A stretch of 64,000 bases of DNA from Vicinamibacteria bacterium (GTDB taxonomy: Bacteria > Acidobacteriota > Vicinamibacteria > Marinacidobacterales > Marinacidobacteraceae), in the NCBI GenBank assembly GCA_965199715.1, contig CBDATA010000001.1, positions 244,412 to 308,411 of the forward strand, written 5' to 3'. Made by a program: the position numbers and the translations under genes. The notes under the pieces were generated by a model. That model was not told the origin of the DNA, ran no database searches, and saw only the letters and a list, made by a program, of their open reading frames with translations. Below, in pieces: positions 1 through 8,813 of the stretch. Numbering within the stretch: position 1 is the stretch's first letter; every line of letters starts with the position of its first letter.

Positions 1-2
1 AG

Positions 3-977
3 GACTTCGCCGCGCTCGCCCGGGAGCGCTCGGACGACGTGGTCACCCGCGACTCCGGCGGAAGCCTCGGGTCGTTCGAGCCCGAGCAGTTGCTCCCCGA
101 GCTCGCGGAGGCCATCTTCGCGCTCGAGGCCGGCGGGGTGACCGACCCGGTCCGCACCAGCGACGGCTTCCACGTCGTCCGGGTGGAGAGCCTCGTCGCG
201 GCGGAGACCACCGCGCTCGCCGACGTCGAGGTCGAGATCGAGTCCATCCTGCGCGAGGAGAAGGCGCAGGAGCTCCTCGCCGACCGCATCCCCGAACTCG
301 CCGACCTCGCTCCGGGCGCGGACGGCCTCGACGAGATCGCCGCCCGCTATCCGCTGATGATCCCGCAGGAGAGCGGCCTGTTCGCCGCCGGGGAGATTCT
401 CCCCGAGCTCGGCTCCGCCGCCGCGGCCGAGGTCGCGTTCGAGCTGGAGGCCGGCGAGGTGGGCGGTCCGGTCCGGCTCGCGAACGGCTTCGCGCTCGTG
501 GAGCTCATCGAGGAGGAGGCCGCCCACGTCCCCGACTTCGAGGAGGTGCGCGAACAGGTCCTCGAGGACATCCGCGTCGGGCGGGCCGCCGGACTGGCCC
601 GCGCGGCCGCAGGCGACCTGCTCAGGACGATCGCGGGCGGCGGGGCCCCGGACACGGATCCGACGCCGCTGACCGCCTGGGTGCGGGGCCGGCCGCTCGG
701 CGCCGCAGGCGCGGTTCCGCTCGAGGAGGACCGGCTCTTCGCCGCCGAGCCCGGCGCCGCGGTCGGGCCGATCGCCACCGATTCCGGCGTCGCCGTGGTG
801 CGGGTGCTGGAGCGCGCCGGGTACTCGGAGGGCGACTTCGCCGCCGCGCGGGACTCGTTCCGCGGCGACGTGCTCGCCGAGCGGCGCAACCTGCTGTGGG
901 CGGCGTTCGTCTCCGCCGCCGCCGAGCGCCATGACGTCCGGATCGACGAGCAGGCGCTGAACGGGCTCATCGGCTGA
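3..977 (+). CDS. PpiD/SurA-like parvulin peptidyl-prolyl isomerase (5'-truncated by window edge)
   Basis: The frame is open from the window start: DFAALARERSDD..TRDSGGSLG...AEAIFALEAGGVTDPVRTSDGFHVVRV is a rotamase motif, followed by PpiD-like repeats. Confidence 0.8.
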   Translation, partial: DFAALARERSDDVVTRDSGGSLGSFEPEQLLPELAEAIFALEAGGVTDPVRTSDGFHVVRVESLVAAETTALADVEVEIESILREEKAQELLADRIPELADLAPGADGLDEIAARYPLMIPQESGLFAAGEILPELGSAAAAEVAFELEAGEVGGPVRLANGFALVELIEEEAAHVPDFEEVREQVLEDIRVGRAAGLARAAAGDLLRTIAGGGAPDTDPTPLTAWVRGRPLGAAGAVPLEEDRLFAAEPGAAVGPIATDSGVAVVRVLERAGYSEGDFAAARDSFRGDVLAERRNLLWAAFVSAAAERHDVRIDEQALNGLIG

Positions 978-978
978 C

Positions 979-1362
979 ATGCAGCTCGATCTCAGGCAGC
1001 GCGGCGACGTGAGCGTCCTCGTGCTCGAGGGCCGGCTGGTCGAGGGGCCCGGCAACCGCCAGCTCGGCGAGGCGGTGCAAGTGCTGCTCGAGTCCGACCG
1101 GCTGCGGCTCGTGGTCGATCTGAGCTCGGTCACGACCATCGACAGCGGCGGCCTCGGCGAGCTGGTGGCTTCCGCGCAGCGGCTCACGCAGGCCGGCGGG
1201 CGGCTGAAGGTCATCAACCCGCCGGACCGGGTGGCGCGGGTTCTGGACGTCGCGCGGGTGCTCCCGCTCTTCGAGGTGTTCGAGACCGAGGACGACGCGG
1301 TGCGCAGCTTCGCGAGCGACGACGCCGGCCCGGCGCCGCCCACCAACTCGCATCCGGTCTAG
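979..1362 (+). CDS. STAS-domain anti-sigma factor antagonist (SpoIIAA/RsbV-like)
   Basis: LVVDLSSVTTIDSGGLGELV motif with the phosphorylatable Ser; 127 aa. Confidence 0.85.
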   Translation: MQLDLRQRGDVSVLVLEGRLVEGPGNRQLGEAVQVLLESDRLRLVVDLSSVTTIDSGGLGELVASAQRLTQAGGRLKVINPPDRVARVLDVARVLPLFEVFETEDDAVRSFASDDAGPAPPTNSHPV

Positions 1363-1370
1363 GGGACCGC

Positions 1371-2654
1371 GTGGTCCCGGTCGCGGACGCGCTCGCCTCC
1401 ATTCTCCGGCTCACGCCGGAACGCGAGGTCGAGGAGGTCGGTCTCGGCGGCGCCTGCGGCCGGGTGCTGCTGGAGACGATCCGCGCCGACCGGGACCAGC
1501 CGCCGTTCGACCGGTCGCTCGTGGACGGCTACGCGGTCCGCGCCGCCGATCTGAAGTCCGGAGGATCGCTGCGCCTCGTGGGGACGATCGCCGCCGGTCG
1601 GACCGCGGACTTCGAGATCGGCCCCGGCGAAGCCGCCGCCATCATGACCGGCGCCCCGATCCCGTCCGGCGCGGACGCCTCGATCCTCGTCGAGCACGCG
1701 AGCTCGGACGGCCGGACCGTCTCGTGGCCCCTGCCCGAGTTCGCCTCGCTCGCGCCGCTCGAGCCGGGCGCGAACGTCGCCCGACGGGGCCGGGACGTCC
1801 GGTCGGGGACGCCGCTGCTCCCGGAGGGAACCCGCATTTCCCCCGCAGGAGTCGGGCTGCTCGCGACCGTCGGCCGCACCCGGGTGCGCGTCGGGCGCCG
1901 GCCCCGGATCGCGGCGCTCTCGACCGGCGACGAGCTCGCCCATCCCCGCCGCCAGCGGCTCGGCCCCGCCGCGATCCGCGACGCCAACAGCCACATGCTC
2001 GCCGCCCGCTGCCGGTCGCTCGGGCTGCCCACGCGGCGGCTCGGAATCGCGAGCGACGCGCCGGACGCGCTGGAGCGGGCGATCGCGGACGGGCTCTCGG
2101 CGGACGCGCTGCTCGTGTCCGGCGGAGTCTCGATGGGACGGTTCGACCTCGTGGAGGGCGTCCTCGAGAAGCTGGGCGCGAAGTCGCACATCGCCTCGGT
2201 CGCGATTCGCCCGGGGAAGCCGTTCGTCTTCGCGACCGTCGGCGATCCCGTCCGGCGCCTCGTCTTCGGGCTCCCCGGGAACCCGGTGTCTGCGCTCACG
2301 ACCTTCGACGTGCTCGTGCGTCCGGCGCTCGACCGGTGGGAGGGACTCGCCAGCCCGGCGCGCCCGCAGGTCCGGGTCCGGGTCGAGGCCGGGATCGCGA
2401 ACCCGGGGCCGCGCCGGGCGTTCCTGCCGGTCCGGGTGCGCAGCGGCTCCGGGGGCGAACTGACGGCGCGGCCGATTCCGATCCGGGGCTCGGGAGACGT
2501 CTCGGCCATCGCGCTCGCGAACGGGCTGGTCACATTGCCCGGCGCGAGCGCCCTCGACGCGGGGGCCCAGGCGACGGTCGAGCCGATCTCCGGATTCCCG
2601 GATCCCGATCCCGGCGCGTGGCGCGATCCCCGCGAGGAGGGGCCGCCGTGCTGA
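1371..2654 (+). CDS. moeA: Molybdopterin molybdotransferase MoeA
   Basis: PPFDRSLVDGYAV, IMTGAPIP, STGDEL, SGGVSMG, RPGKP and GLPGNPVS motifs. Confidence 0.95.
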   Translation: MVPVADALASILRLTPEREVEEVGLGGACGRVLLETIRADRDQPPFDRSLVDGYAVRAADLKSGGSLRLVGTIAAGRTADFEIGPGEAAAIMTGAPIPSGADASILVEHASSDGRTVSWPLPEFASLAPLEPGANVARRGRDVRSGTPLLPEGTRISPAGVGLLATVGRTRVRVGRRPRIAALSTGDELAHPRRQRLGPAAIRDANSHMLAARCRSLGLPTRRLGIASDAPDALERAIADGLSADALLVSGGVSMGRFDLVEGVLEKLGAKSHIASVAIRPGKPFVFATVGDPVRRLVFGLPGNPVSALTTFDVLVRPALDRWEGLASPARPQVRVRVEAGIANPGPRRAFLPVRVRSGSGGELTARPIPIRGSGDVSAIALANGLVTLPGASALDAGAQATVEPISGFPDPDPGAWRDPREEGPPC

Positions 2655-3115
2655 GCCACCTCGACGCCGAGGGCCGGGCCCGCATGGTGGACGTCGGCGA
2701 GAAGCCGGTGACCGCCCGGGAGGCCGCGGCGGAGGCCTTCGTGACGGTGCGCCCCGAGGCGCTGCGGCTCGTGCGCGAGGGGAAGAACCCCAAGGGCGGC
2801 GTCCTCGAGACGGCCCGGATCGCGGGGATCCAGGCGGCGAAGGCCTGCTCGTCGCTGATCCCACTGTGCCATCCGCTTCCGCTGGACCAGGCCGACGTCG
2901 CCGCGACGCTGGAGGACGGCGGGATCCGGCTGCGCAGCCGCGTCCGCTGCCGCGCCTCCACCGGCGCCGAGATGGAGGCGCTGACCGCGGTCAGCGTGGC
3001 CGCGCTCACCGTGTACGACATGCTGAAGGCGGCCGACCGGGGGATGCGCATCGACGGCGTCCGGCTGCTGGAGAAGCGCGGCGGGCGCAGCCGAATCTGG
3101 AAGGCCGATGACTGA
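2648..3115 (+). CDS. moaC: Cyclic pyranopterin monophosphate synthase MoaC
   Basis: GTG start at 2648; LSHLDAEGRARMVDV, LIPLCHP, TGAEMEAL and YDMLKAAD motifs. Confidence 0.95.
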   Translation: MLSHLDAEGRARMVDVGEKPVTAREAAAEAFVTVRPEALRLVREGKNPKGGVLETARIAGIQAAKACSSLIPLCHPLPLDQADVAATLEDGGIRLRSRVRCRASTGAEMEALTAVSVAALTVYDMLKAADRGMRIDGVRLLEKRGGRSRIWKADD

Positions 3116-3938
3116 GGCGAAGCTGCGCCGCGCGCTCGTCGATCTCGATTCGGTGGTCGTGGCGCTCAGCGGCGGCGTGGACAGCGCGACGCTCGCGGTG
3201 ATGGCGCATCGCACGCTCGGGGCGTCGAGCCTCGCGGTCACCGGGGTCAGCCCGAGCCTCTCGGCGCACCAGCGCGGCCTCGTCGAGCGGGTGCTCGAGG
3301 TCGAGCCGCTCGCCCACGAGTGGATGCGGACCGACGAGATCGAGGATCCCGATTACGCGCGCAACGGCTCCGATCGGTGCTTCTTCTGCAAGCACGAGCT
3401 CTACGGCGCGCTCCGCTCCCTCGCCGACCAACGGGGCTTCCGGGCGGTCGCCGACGGGACGAACCGGGACGACCGGGGAGACCACCGCCCGGGCCGGAGG
3501 GCGGCGGCCCGCTACGGCGTCCGCGCGCCGCTGCTCGAGGCCGGCTTCGGCAAGAACGACGTGCGCGAACTCGCCCGCAAGCTCGGCGTTCCGGTGGCGG
3601 AGGAGCCGGCCTCGGCGTGCCTCGCCTCGCGCATCCCGAACCTCACGCCCATCGACGCCGGCCTGCTCGCCCAGGTCGAGGCCGGCGAGGCCCTGCTGCG
3701 GGAAATGGGGTTCCCGAGTTCGAGGGTGCGTCACCACGGCGATCTGGCGCGGATCGAGTTCCCCGCGGACGCGCTGGACCGGGCGCTGCGCCCCGACGTG
3801 TCCGTCCGCATCGCGTCCGGCCTCCGGCGGCTCGGCTTCGACCGGGTCGCGGTGGACCGGCGCGGCTACCGGCCCGCCGGTCTCCAGGCGCCCTTCCGGC
3901 CGGACCGGGACCTGATCGAGCTGCGCGCCGGGGACTGA
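3108..3938 (+). CDS. larE: LarE-family ATP-dependent sulfur transferase (PP-loop)
   Basis: SGGVDS PP-loop, RCFFCK, DHRPG, SACLASRIP and RVRHHGDLARIE motifs. Confidence 0.9.
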   Translation: MTEAKLRRALVDLDSVVVALSGGVDSATLAVMAHRTLGASSLAVTGVSPSLSAHQRGLVERVLEVEPLAHEWMRTDEIEDPDYARNGSDRCFFCKHELYGALRSLADQRGFRAVADGTNRDDRGDHRPGRRAAARYGVRAPLLEAGFGKNDVRELARKLGVPVAEEPASACLASRIPNLTPIDAGLLAQVEAGEALLREMGFPSSRVRHHGDLARIEFPADALDRALRPDVSVRIASGLRRLGFDRVAVDRRGYRPAGLQAPFRPDRDLIELRAGD

Positions 3939-3941
3939 CCG

Positions 3942-4970
3942 GTGTCGGTCGAGATCACGATCCTCGCCGATCCGGACGCCGACGACGGGCGGACGATCGA
4001 GGTTCGCAGCCTCGCGCGTCCCTCGGGCGACCTCGACGCGCTCGAGGACGCGCGCTGGTTCGCCGGCGGCGATCGCGAGGCGATCGCGGCGTTCGTGCGG
4101 GAGCTTCTGGACCGCCACGGCGGCGGCCTTCGGGAGTGCCGCCGCTGCGGCGCGGTGCGCGACGGCTCGTCGGACCCCCGTTCGCCGTTCGTCTGCCCGG
4201 CGTGCCTCCCCGGCGAGCCCGGCCCCCGCCCCGAGCCGCCTCCCGGCGAAGGACTGGAAGCGCGCTTCATCGGGACCGGCGACGCCTTCGGCTCCGGCGG
4301 GCGCCGCTCGGCGGCGATCTTCCTGCGCGAGCGGGGCGCCCCGACCGGAGCGCTGCTGGACGCGGGCCCCGGTTGCCTCGCCGGGCTGCGCGCCGAGGGC
4401 CTCGGGAGCGGCGACCTCGGCGTCGTCATCCTGAGCCACTTCCATGGCGACCACTTCGGCGGCGTTCCGTTTCTCGAACTGGACCGCTGGAAGGACCGGG
4501 CCGACCCGATCCCGATCTGGACCCCGCCGGGCGGCGCCGACCGGCTCGGGGAGCTCCGCAACGCGCTCTACCCGGACTTCCCCGCGACCGGCGCGGTGCG
4601 CGAGTTCCTCCCCGGCGAGACCGGCGAGCTGCCGTTCGGCGGCCGCGCCGTCGCGTTCCCGGCGGACCACCAGAAGCGCGCCTGGGCGTACGGCTGGCGG
4701 ATCGAACTCGGCGGACGGACGGTGGTCTATTCGGGGGACACCGCGTGGAACCCGCGGATGATCCGCGAATCAGCCGGCGCCGACCTCCTCATCCACGAAT
4801 GCACCTCCCGCGAGCCGCTGCCGGGGCATACCGGCCACTCCGACCTCGTGGAAGCGGCGGACGCGATCACCGCCCGTCGGGTGCTGCTCGTCCACTCCGG
4901 GCCCGACGTTCTCGCGCTCGCCGACCCGGTGTTCGACCGGGCGCACGACGGGCTGCGCGTCGTGATCTGA
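3942..4970 (+). CDS. MBL-fold metallo-hydrolase (RNase Z/BN-like) with N-terminal CxxC..CxxC extension
   Basis: GTGDAFGSGGR, SHFHGDHFGG (HxHxDH), YSGDT and DLLIHEC motifs. Confidence 0.8.
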   Translation: MSVEITILADPDADDGRTIEVRSLARPSGDLDALEDARWFAGGDREAIAAFVRELLDRHGGGLRECRRCGAVRDGSSDPRSPFVCPACLPGEPGPRPEPPPGEGLEARFIGTGDAFGSGGRRSAAIFLRERGAPTGALLDAGPGCLAGLRAEGLGSGDLGVVILSHFHGDHFGGVPFLELDRWKDRADPIPIWTPPGGADRLGELRNALYPDFPATGAVREFLPGETGELPFGGRAVAFPADHQKRAWAYGWRIELGGRTVVYSGDTAWNPRMIRESAGADLLIHECTSREPLPGHTGHSDLVEAADAITARRVLLVHSGPDVLALADPVFDRAHDGLRVVI

Positions 4971-4973
4971 CCG

Positions 4974-5192
4974 CTAGTCGTCCTTCGCCCGGGAACTCGA
5001 GGCCTCGCTCTCCGACCCGGTGATCGAACGCATGGACTTGCGGAAATTCCGGATTCCCTCGCCGAGGCCCGCCCCGAGCTGCGGCAGCTTGCCGGCGCCG
5101 AACACGAGGATCACGATGGCCAGGATGATCAGGAGTTCCGTGGTGCCCAGCCCGCCGATCAGGAGCGGGAGCGCGAAGAGTGCGGAAGTCAT
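4974..5192 (-). CDS. tatA: Twin-arginine translocase TatA/TatE subunit
   Basis: [39 protein letters not shown]. Confidence 0.95.
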   Translation of the reverse strand: MTSALFALPLLIGGLGTTELLIILAIVILVFGAGKLPQLGAGLGEGIRNFRKSMRSITGSESEASSSRAKDD

Positions 5193-5198
5193 ACGGCC

Positions 5199-5204
5199 AG
5201 TTTA
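5199..5204 (-). promoter_or_regulatory. Putative -10 box (TAAACT) 6 nt before the tatA ATG; leaderless promoter
   Basis: The minus strand reads TAAACT-GGCCGT-ATG, with no Shine-Dalgarno sequence in the gap. Confidence 0.5.
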
Positions 5205-6116
5205 TCCGGTGCGCTCGAGGACGAGGGCGGCGACGGCCATGTCTTCGGCGGCGATCCCCTGGGATTCGAAGAGCGCTCCTCCCGGCGCCGGGCCGCGTCC
5301 GGCGGCGACGACCTCGCCGAGCGTCTCCACGTCGTCCCACCGCAGCTCCCCGGCCTCGACCAGCGCCACGAGGTCCCCGCACTCGATCCGGGCCTGATCG
5401 CGGTCGTCGACCACGATCCGGCCGGCGCGCCGGATCGCGTCCTCGTCCAGCTCGCGCCGCTTCAGCGAGTTCCCGCCCGCCGCGGCGACGAAGGCGCCGG
5501 GGGCGAGCCAGTCCCCGAAGACCACCGGCTCCCGGGCGCTCGTGACCGCGACCACGAGGTCCTTCTCCCGGACCGCGCTCTCGGCGCTCTCCGCCGGCAG
5601 CACGGGAATCCCGAGCTCGTCGCTCATCTCGCGGGCGAACCGCTCCCGCGCCTCGGGGTTCCGGCAGAAGACGCGCGCCTCCTCGACCGGTCGCACGCAC
5701 GCGAGCGCCGCCAATTGGGTGCGCGCCTGGCGCCCGCACCCGATCATGCCCAAGCGGGACGCGCCTTCCGGAGCGAGCCAGCGGGCCGCGACGCCGGTCG
5801 CCGCGCCGGTCCGGATCTGGCCGAGCGCGTCCGCCTCGATCAGCGCGACCGGCTCCCCCGAGCCGGCGTCGAAAACCACCATGAGGAAGCTCGCGCCGTC
5901 GCGCCCGGTGCAGTAGGCCTTCAGCCCGAGCAGCCCGGCGCCGTCGCTCGCGGCGCTCATCGCGTGCAGCATCCGCCCGCCGGCCCGGACCCGCTGGCGG
6001 GGCCGGTTCTGCGCCGCGCCCCGACCGAGTTCGCCGAAGACCCGCTCCACGGCCGCAAGGGCGTCGGGCATGGGCAGCGCCTCGCGCACCGCCTCCTCGC
6101 GTATGTGCCGAATCAC
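5202..6116 (-). CDS. Ornithine cyclodeaminase / mu-crystallin family protein
   Basis: GQIRTGAATGVAA, IGCGRQA, RRELD and FESQGIAAEDMAVA motifs. The GTG start at 6116 is preferred over the ORF-track start at 6143. Confidence 0.9.
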   Translation of the reverse strand: MIRHIREEAVREALPMPDALAAVERVFGELGRGAAQNRPRQRVRAGGRMLHAMSAASDGAGLLGLKAYCTGRDGASFLMVVFDAGSGEPVALIEADALGQIRTGAATGVAARWLAPEGASRLGMIGCGRQARTQLAALACVRPVEEARVFCRNPEARERFAREMSDELGIPVLPAESAESAVREKDLVVAVTSAREPVVFGDWLAPGAFVAAAGGNSLKRRELDEDAIRRAGRIVVDDRDQARIECGDLVALVEAGELRWDDVETLGEVVAAGRGPAPGGALFESQGIAAEDMAVAALVLERTG

Positions 6117-6142
6117 CGGGCGAAGATTATTCTTGCCGCGCA
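6117..6142. promoter_or_regulatory. Putative bidirectional promoter with overlapping -10 boxes
   Basis: 26-bp divergent gap containing TATTCT (+) and TAATCT (-), 9 and 7 nt before the respective starts. Confidence 0.45.
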
Positions 6143-6928
6143 ATGGACTCCCCGAACTGGCCGCGGACGATCGGAATCGTGGGCGGCCTCGGCCCCCACG
6201 CCCACGTCGCCTTCGAGTCCTACCTTCTCGCCGAGGCGAGCCGGGCGGCGGGCAGACCCCTGTTCGACCAGGAGTACCCGCCGTGGCTCGTGTCCTCGCT
6301 GCCGCAGACGCCGTCCCGCGTGCGGGCGGTCGAAGAAGGCAGCGACGCCCCGGTTCCGATGCTGCTCGAGAGCGCGTCCCGCCTCAAGGCGGCGGACTTC
6401 CTGTGCGTGCCGTGCAATCAAGCGCACCTGTTCCTCTCCTGCCAGCGCGAGCGGCTCCCGCGCCCGCTGCTCGACATGGTGGACGAGACCGTCCGCGAGG
6501 TGGGGCGCCGGCTCGTTCCGGGGGAGACCGTGGGGGTCCTCGGCGTGACCGGCACGCTGACCAGCCGGCTCTACCGAAACCGCCTCGCCCGCGCCTTGCC
6601 CGCGCTTCGCTCGGTCACGCTGCTCGATCTTCCCGGCGGGGAGCGGCTCCAGAACGACCTGGTGATGGAGCCGATCTTCGGGAAGGAGCGCCGCGGCCGC
6701 CGGACCGGCGGCATCAAGGCCGGCAAGCTCTACCCGCGCTATCGGCAGCGCCTCCTGCTCGCGGCCGAGCACCTGCGCCAGCACGGCGCGAGCGTCATCC
6801 TCACCGCCTGCTCGGAGATCCCGCTGATCCTCGGGCCGCGCCCTCCCGCCGACCTGCTCGACCCGGTCGCCGTGCTGGCCCGGGAGGCGATCGAGGTCGC
6901 CGCGGGGCGGCGGCCGCTGCCCGGCTGA
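6143..6928 (+). CDS. Aspartate/glutamate racemase family protein
   Basis: IGIVGGLGP N-terminus and two catalytic-type Cys motifs, VPCNQAH and TACSEIP. Confidence 0.85.
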   Translation: MDSPNWPRTIGIVGGLGPHAHVAFESYLLAEASRAAGRPLFDQEYPPWLVSSLPQTPSRVRAVEEGSDAPVPMLLESASRLKAADFLCVPCNQAHLFLSCQRERLPRPLLDMVDETVREVGRRLVPGETVGVLGVTGTLTSRLYRNRLARALPALRSVTLLDLPGGERLQNDLVMEPIFGKERRGRRTGGIKAGKLYPRYRQRLLLAAEHLRQHGASVILTACSEIPLILGPRPPADLLDPVAVLAREAIEVAAGRRPLPG

Positions 6929-8382
6929 TGGAGCTTCTCCGACAATCCCGCGTCCGGGAGGCGGACCGGCGCGCGATCGAGGAGGCCGGGATCCCGGCGC
7001 GGGTCCTGATGGAGACCGCGGGCCGGGCGATCGGCGCCGCGATGCTCGAGGAGCTTCCCGTCGGGCGGGGCGTCCTCATCCTCTGCGGGCGGGGCGGCAA
7101 CGGGGGCGACGGGCTGGCGCTGCTGCGCTTTCTGGCCGAGCGCGGCGTCCCCGCCCGGGCCGTCGTCTTCGCCTCCGAGGACCGGCTCACCCCGGAGAAC
7201 CGCGCGAACCTCGCATCCGCCCGCGCGCTCGGCCTTCCGGCGACCGTGGACCCGACGCCGGCGCTGGAGTTTCCCGAGGGCGGGGTCGTGGCGGACGCGA
7301 TGCTCGGCGGCGGCGCCCGGGGGCCGCTGCGGGGGGCGTTCGCCGCCGCCGCCGAGGCTCTGGAGACGTTCTCGGGGACGGTGGTGGCCGTGGACATCCC
7401 CACCGGCCTCGATCCCGACAGCGGCCGCATCCCGGGGCCGGCCGCGCGAGCCGACCTGACGCTCGCGCTGGCCGCGGCCCGCCGTTGCCATTTCGTCCAC
7501 CCGGCGAGCGAGCGCTGCGGCCGCGTCCGGGTCCTCGAGATCGGGATTCCCGCCGCGTACCTCGCCCCCGATCCCGAAGACCGGGTGCGCCGGATCACGG
7601 CGGCCGACGTCGCGGACTGGCTGCCGCCCCCGCCCATCAGCGCCCACAAGGGAACCCGGGGAAAGCTGCTCCTCGTCGCCGGGTCGGCCCGGATGCCGGG
7701 CGCGGCGGCGCTCGCGGCGAAGGGAGCGCTCGGGGCCGGGGTCGGCCTCCTCACCGTGGCCGCCCCCGAAACGGTCCCCCTGCCCCCCGAAGCGATGCGC
7801 CTTCCCCCCGAAGCGGCTCTCGAAGCCGACGCGACCGCGCTGGCGGTCGGACCGGGGCTCGGGCGGTCGGAAGCCGATCAGGACAGAATTCGGGCGATCG
7901 TGCGCCGCTCGGAACAGCCGCTGGTTCTCGACGCCGACGGCCTCTTCGCGGTGGAGGCGGGGGATCTTCGCGAAGGGCTCGTCCTGACGCCGCACGCCGG
8001 CGAAGCGGCGCGGCTCCTCGGCCGGGATTCGCGGACCGTCGCGGGAGCGCGCCTCGAGGCCGCCCGCGAGCTGGCCGCGCTCGCGAACGCCCCGGTCGCG
8101 CTCAAGGGGCCGGGCACGCTGGTTGCGAGTCCCGACGGCGAGACCCTCGTGAACCCCACCGGCGGACCCGAGCTCGCGGCCGGCGGGACCGGCGACGTGC
8201 TCGCCGGCATGGTGGGGGCGTTCCTCGCCCGCGGCCTCGCGCCCCGCGACGCGCTCGCCGCGGGGGCGTTCCTCCACGGCCGCGCCGGCGAGATCGCCCG
8301 CGAGCGGCTCGGACCCGAGGCGGTCACGGCGTCCGCGGTCGCGGACGCGATCGGGCCGGCGCTTGGGAGCGCGCGGGCATGA
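6928..8382 (+). CDS. nnr: Bifunctional NAD(P)H-hydrate epimerase/dehydratase (YjeF/Nnr)
   Basis: LMETAG, GNGGDG, AVDIPTG, VGPGLG, DADGL, LTPHAGE and GGTGDVLAG motifs; the ATG overlaps the upstream TGA. Confidence 0.92.
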   Translation: MELLRQSRVREADRRAIEEAGIPARVLMETAGRAIGAAMLEELPVGRGVLILCGRGGNGGDGLALLRFLAERGVPARAVVFASEDRLTPENRANLASARALGLPATVDPTPALEFPEGGVVADAMLGGGARGPLRGAFAAAAEALETFSGTVVAVDIPTGLDPDSGRIPGPAARADLTLALAAARRCHFVHPASERCGRVRVLEIGIPAAYLAPDPEDRVRRITAADVADWLPPPPISAHKGTRGKLLLVAGSARMPGAAALAAKGALGAGVGLLTVAAPETVPLPPEAMRLPPEAALEADATALAVGPGLGRSEADQDRIRAIVRRSEQPLVLDADGLFAVEAGDLREGLVLTPHAGEAARLLGRDSRTVAGARLEAARELAALANAPVALKGPGTLVASPDGETLVNPTGGPELAAGGTGDVLAGMVGAFLARGLAPRDALAAGAFLHGRAGEIARERLGPEAVTASAVADAIGPALGSARA

Positions 8383-8813
8383 AGACCGCGTGGCGGTCGG
8401 TCACCGAGTCGCCCGAGGAGACGCTGGAGCTCGCGGCGCGGGTCGCCGGCCTCTGCCGGGGCGCTTCGGCGTTCTATCTGGACGGGGACCTCGGCGCCGG
8501 CAAGACCGTCTTCGCGAAAGGACTCGCCCGCTGCTGGGGGGTCGAGCCGTCGCAGGTGACGAGCCCGACCTTCGCGCTGGTGGACCGGCACGGCGGCGGC
8601 GCGAGGCCGCTCTACCACCTCGATCTTTACCGGATCGAGCGCCCCGAGGAGCTGGACGAGCTCGGCGTCGAGGACATGGAGGAGGAGGGCGCGGTCGTGG
8701 TCGTGGAGTGGCCCGACAAGCTCGGCCGGTATCGGCGGGACGACGCGGTCCGGGTGCGCATCCGGGCGCTCGGCCCGGCGCGGCGCAGCATCGACGTGGA
8801 GTGGGCCCCGTGA
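8379..8813 (+). CDS. tsaE: tRNA t6A biosynthesis ATPase TsaE
   Basis: GDLGAGKT, VTSPTF, YHLDLYR and VEWP motifs; typical nnr-tsaE gene order. Confidence 0.95.
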   Translation: MKTAWRSVTESPEETLELAARVAGLCRGASAFYLDGDLGAGKTVFAKGLARCWGVEPSQVTSPTFALVDRHGGGARPLYHLDLYRIERPEELDELGVEDMEEEGAVVVVEWPDKLGRYRRDDAVRVRIRALGPARRSIDVEWAP

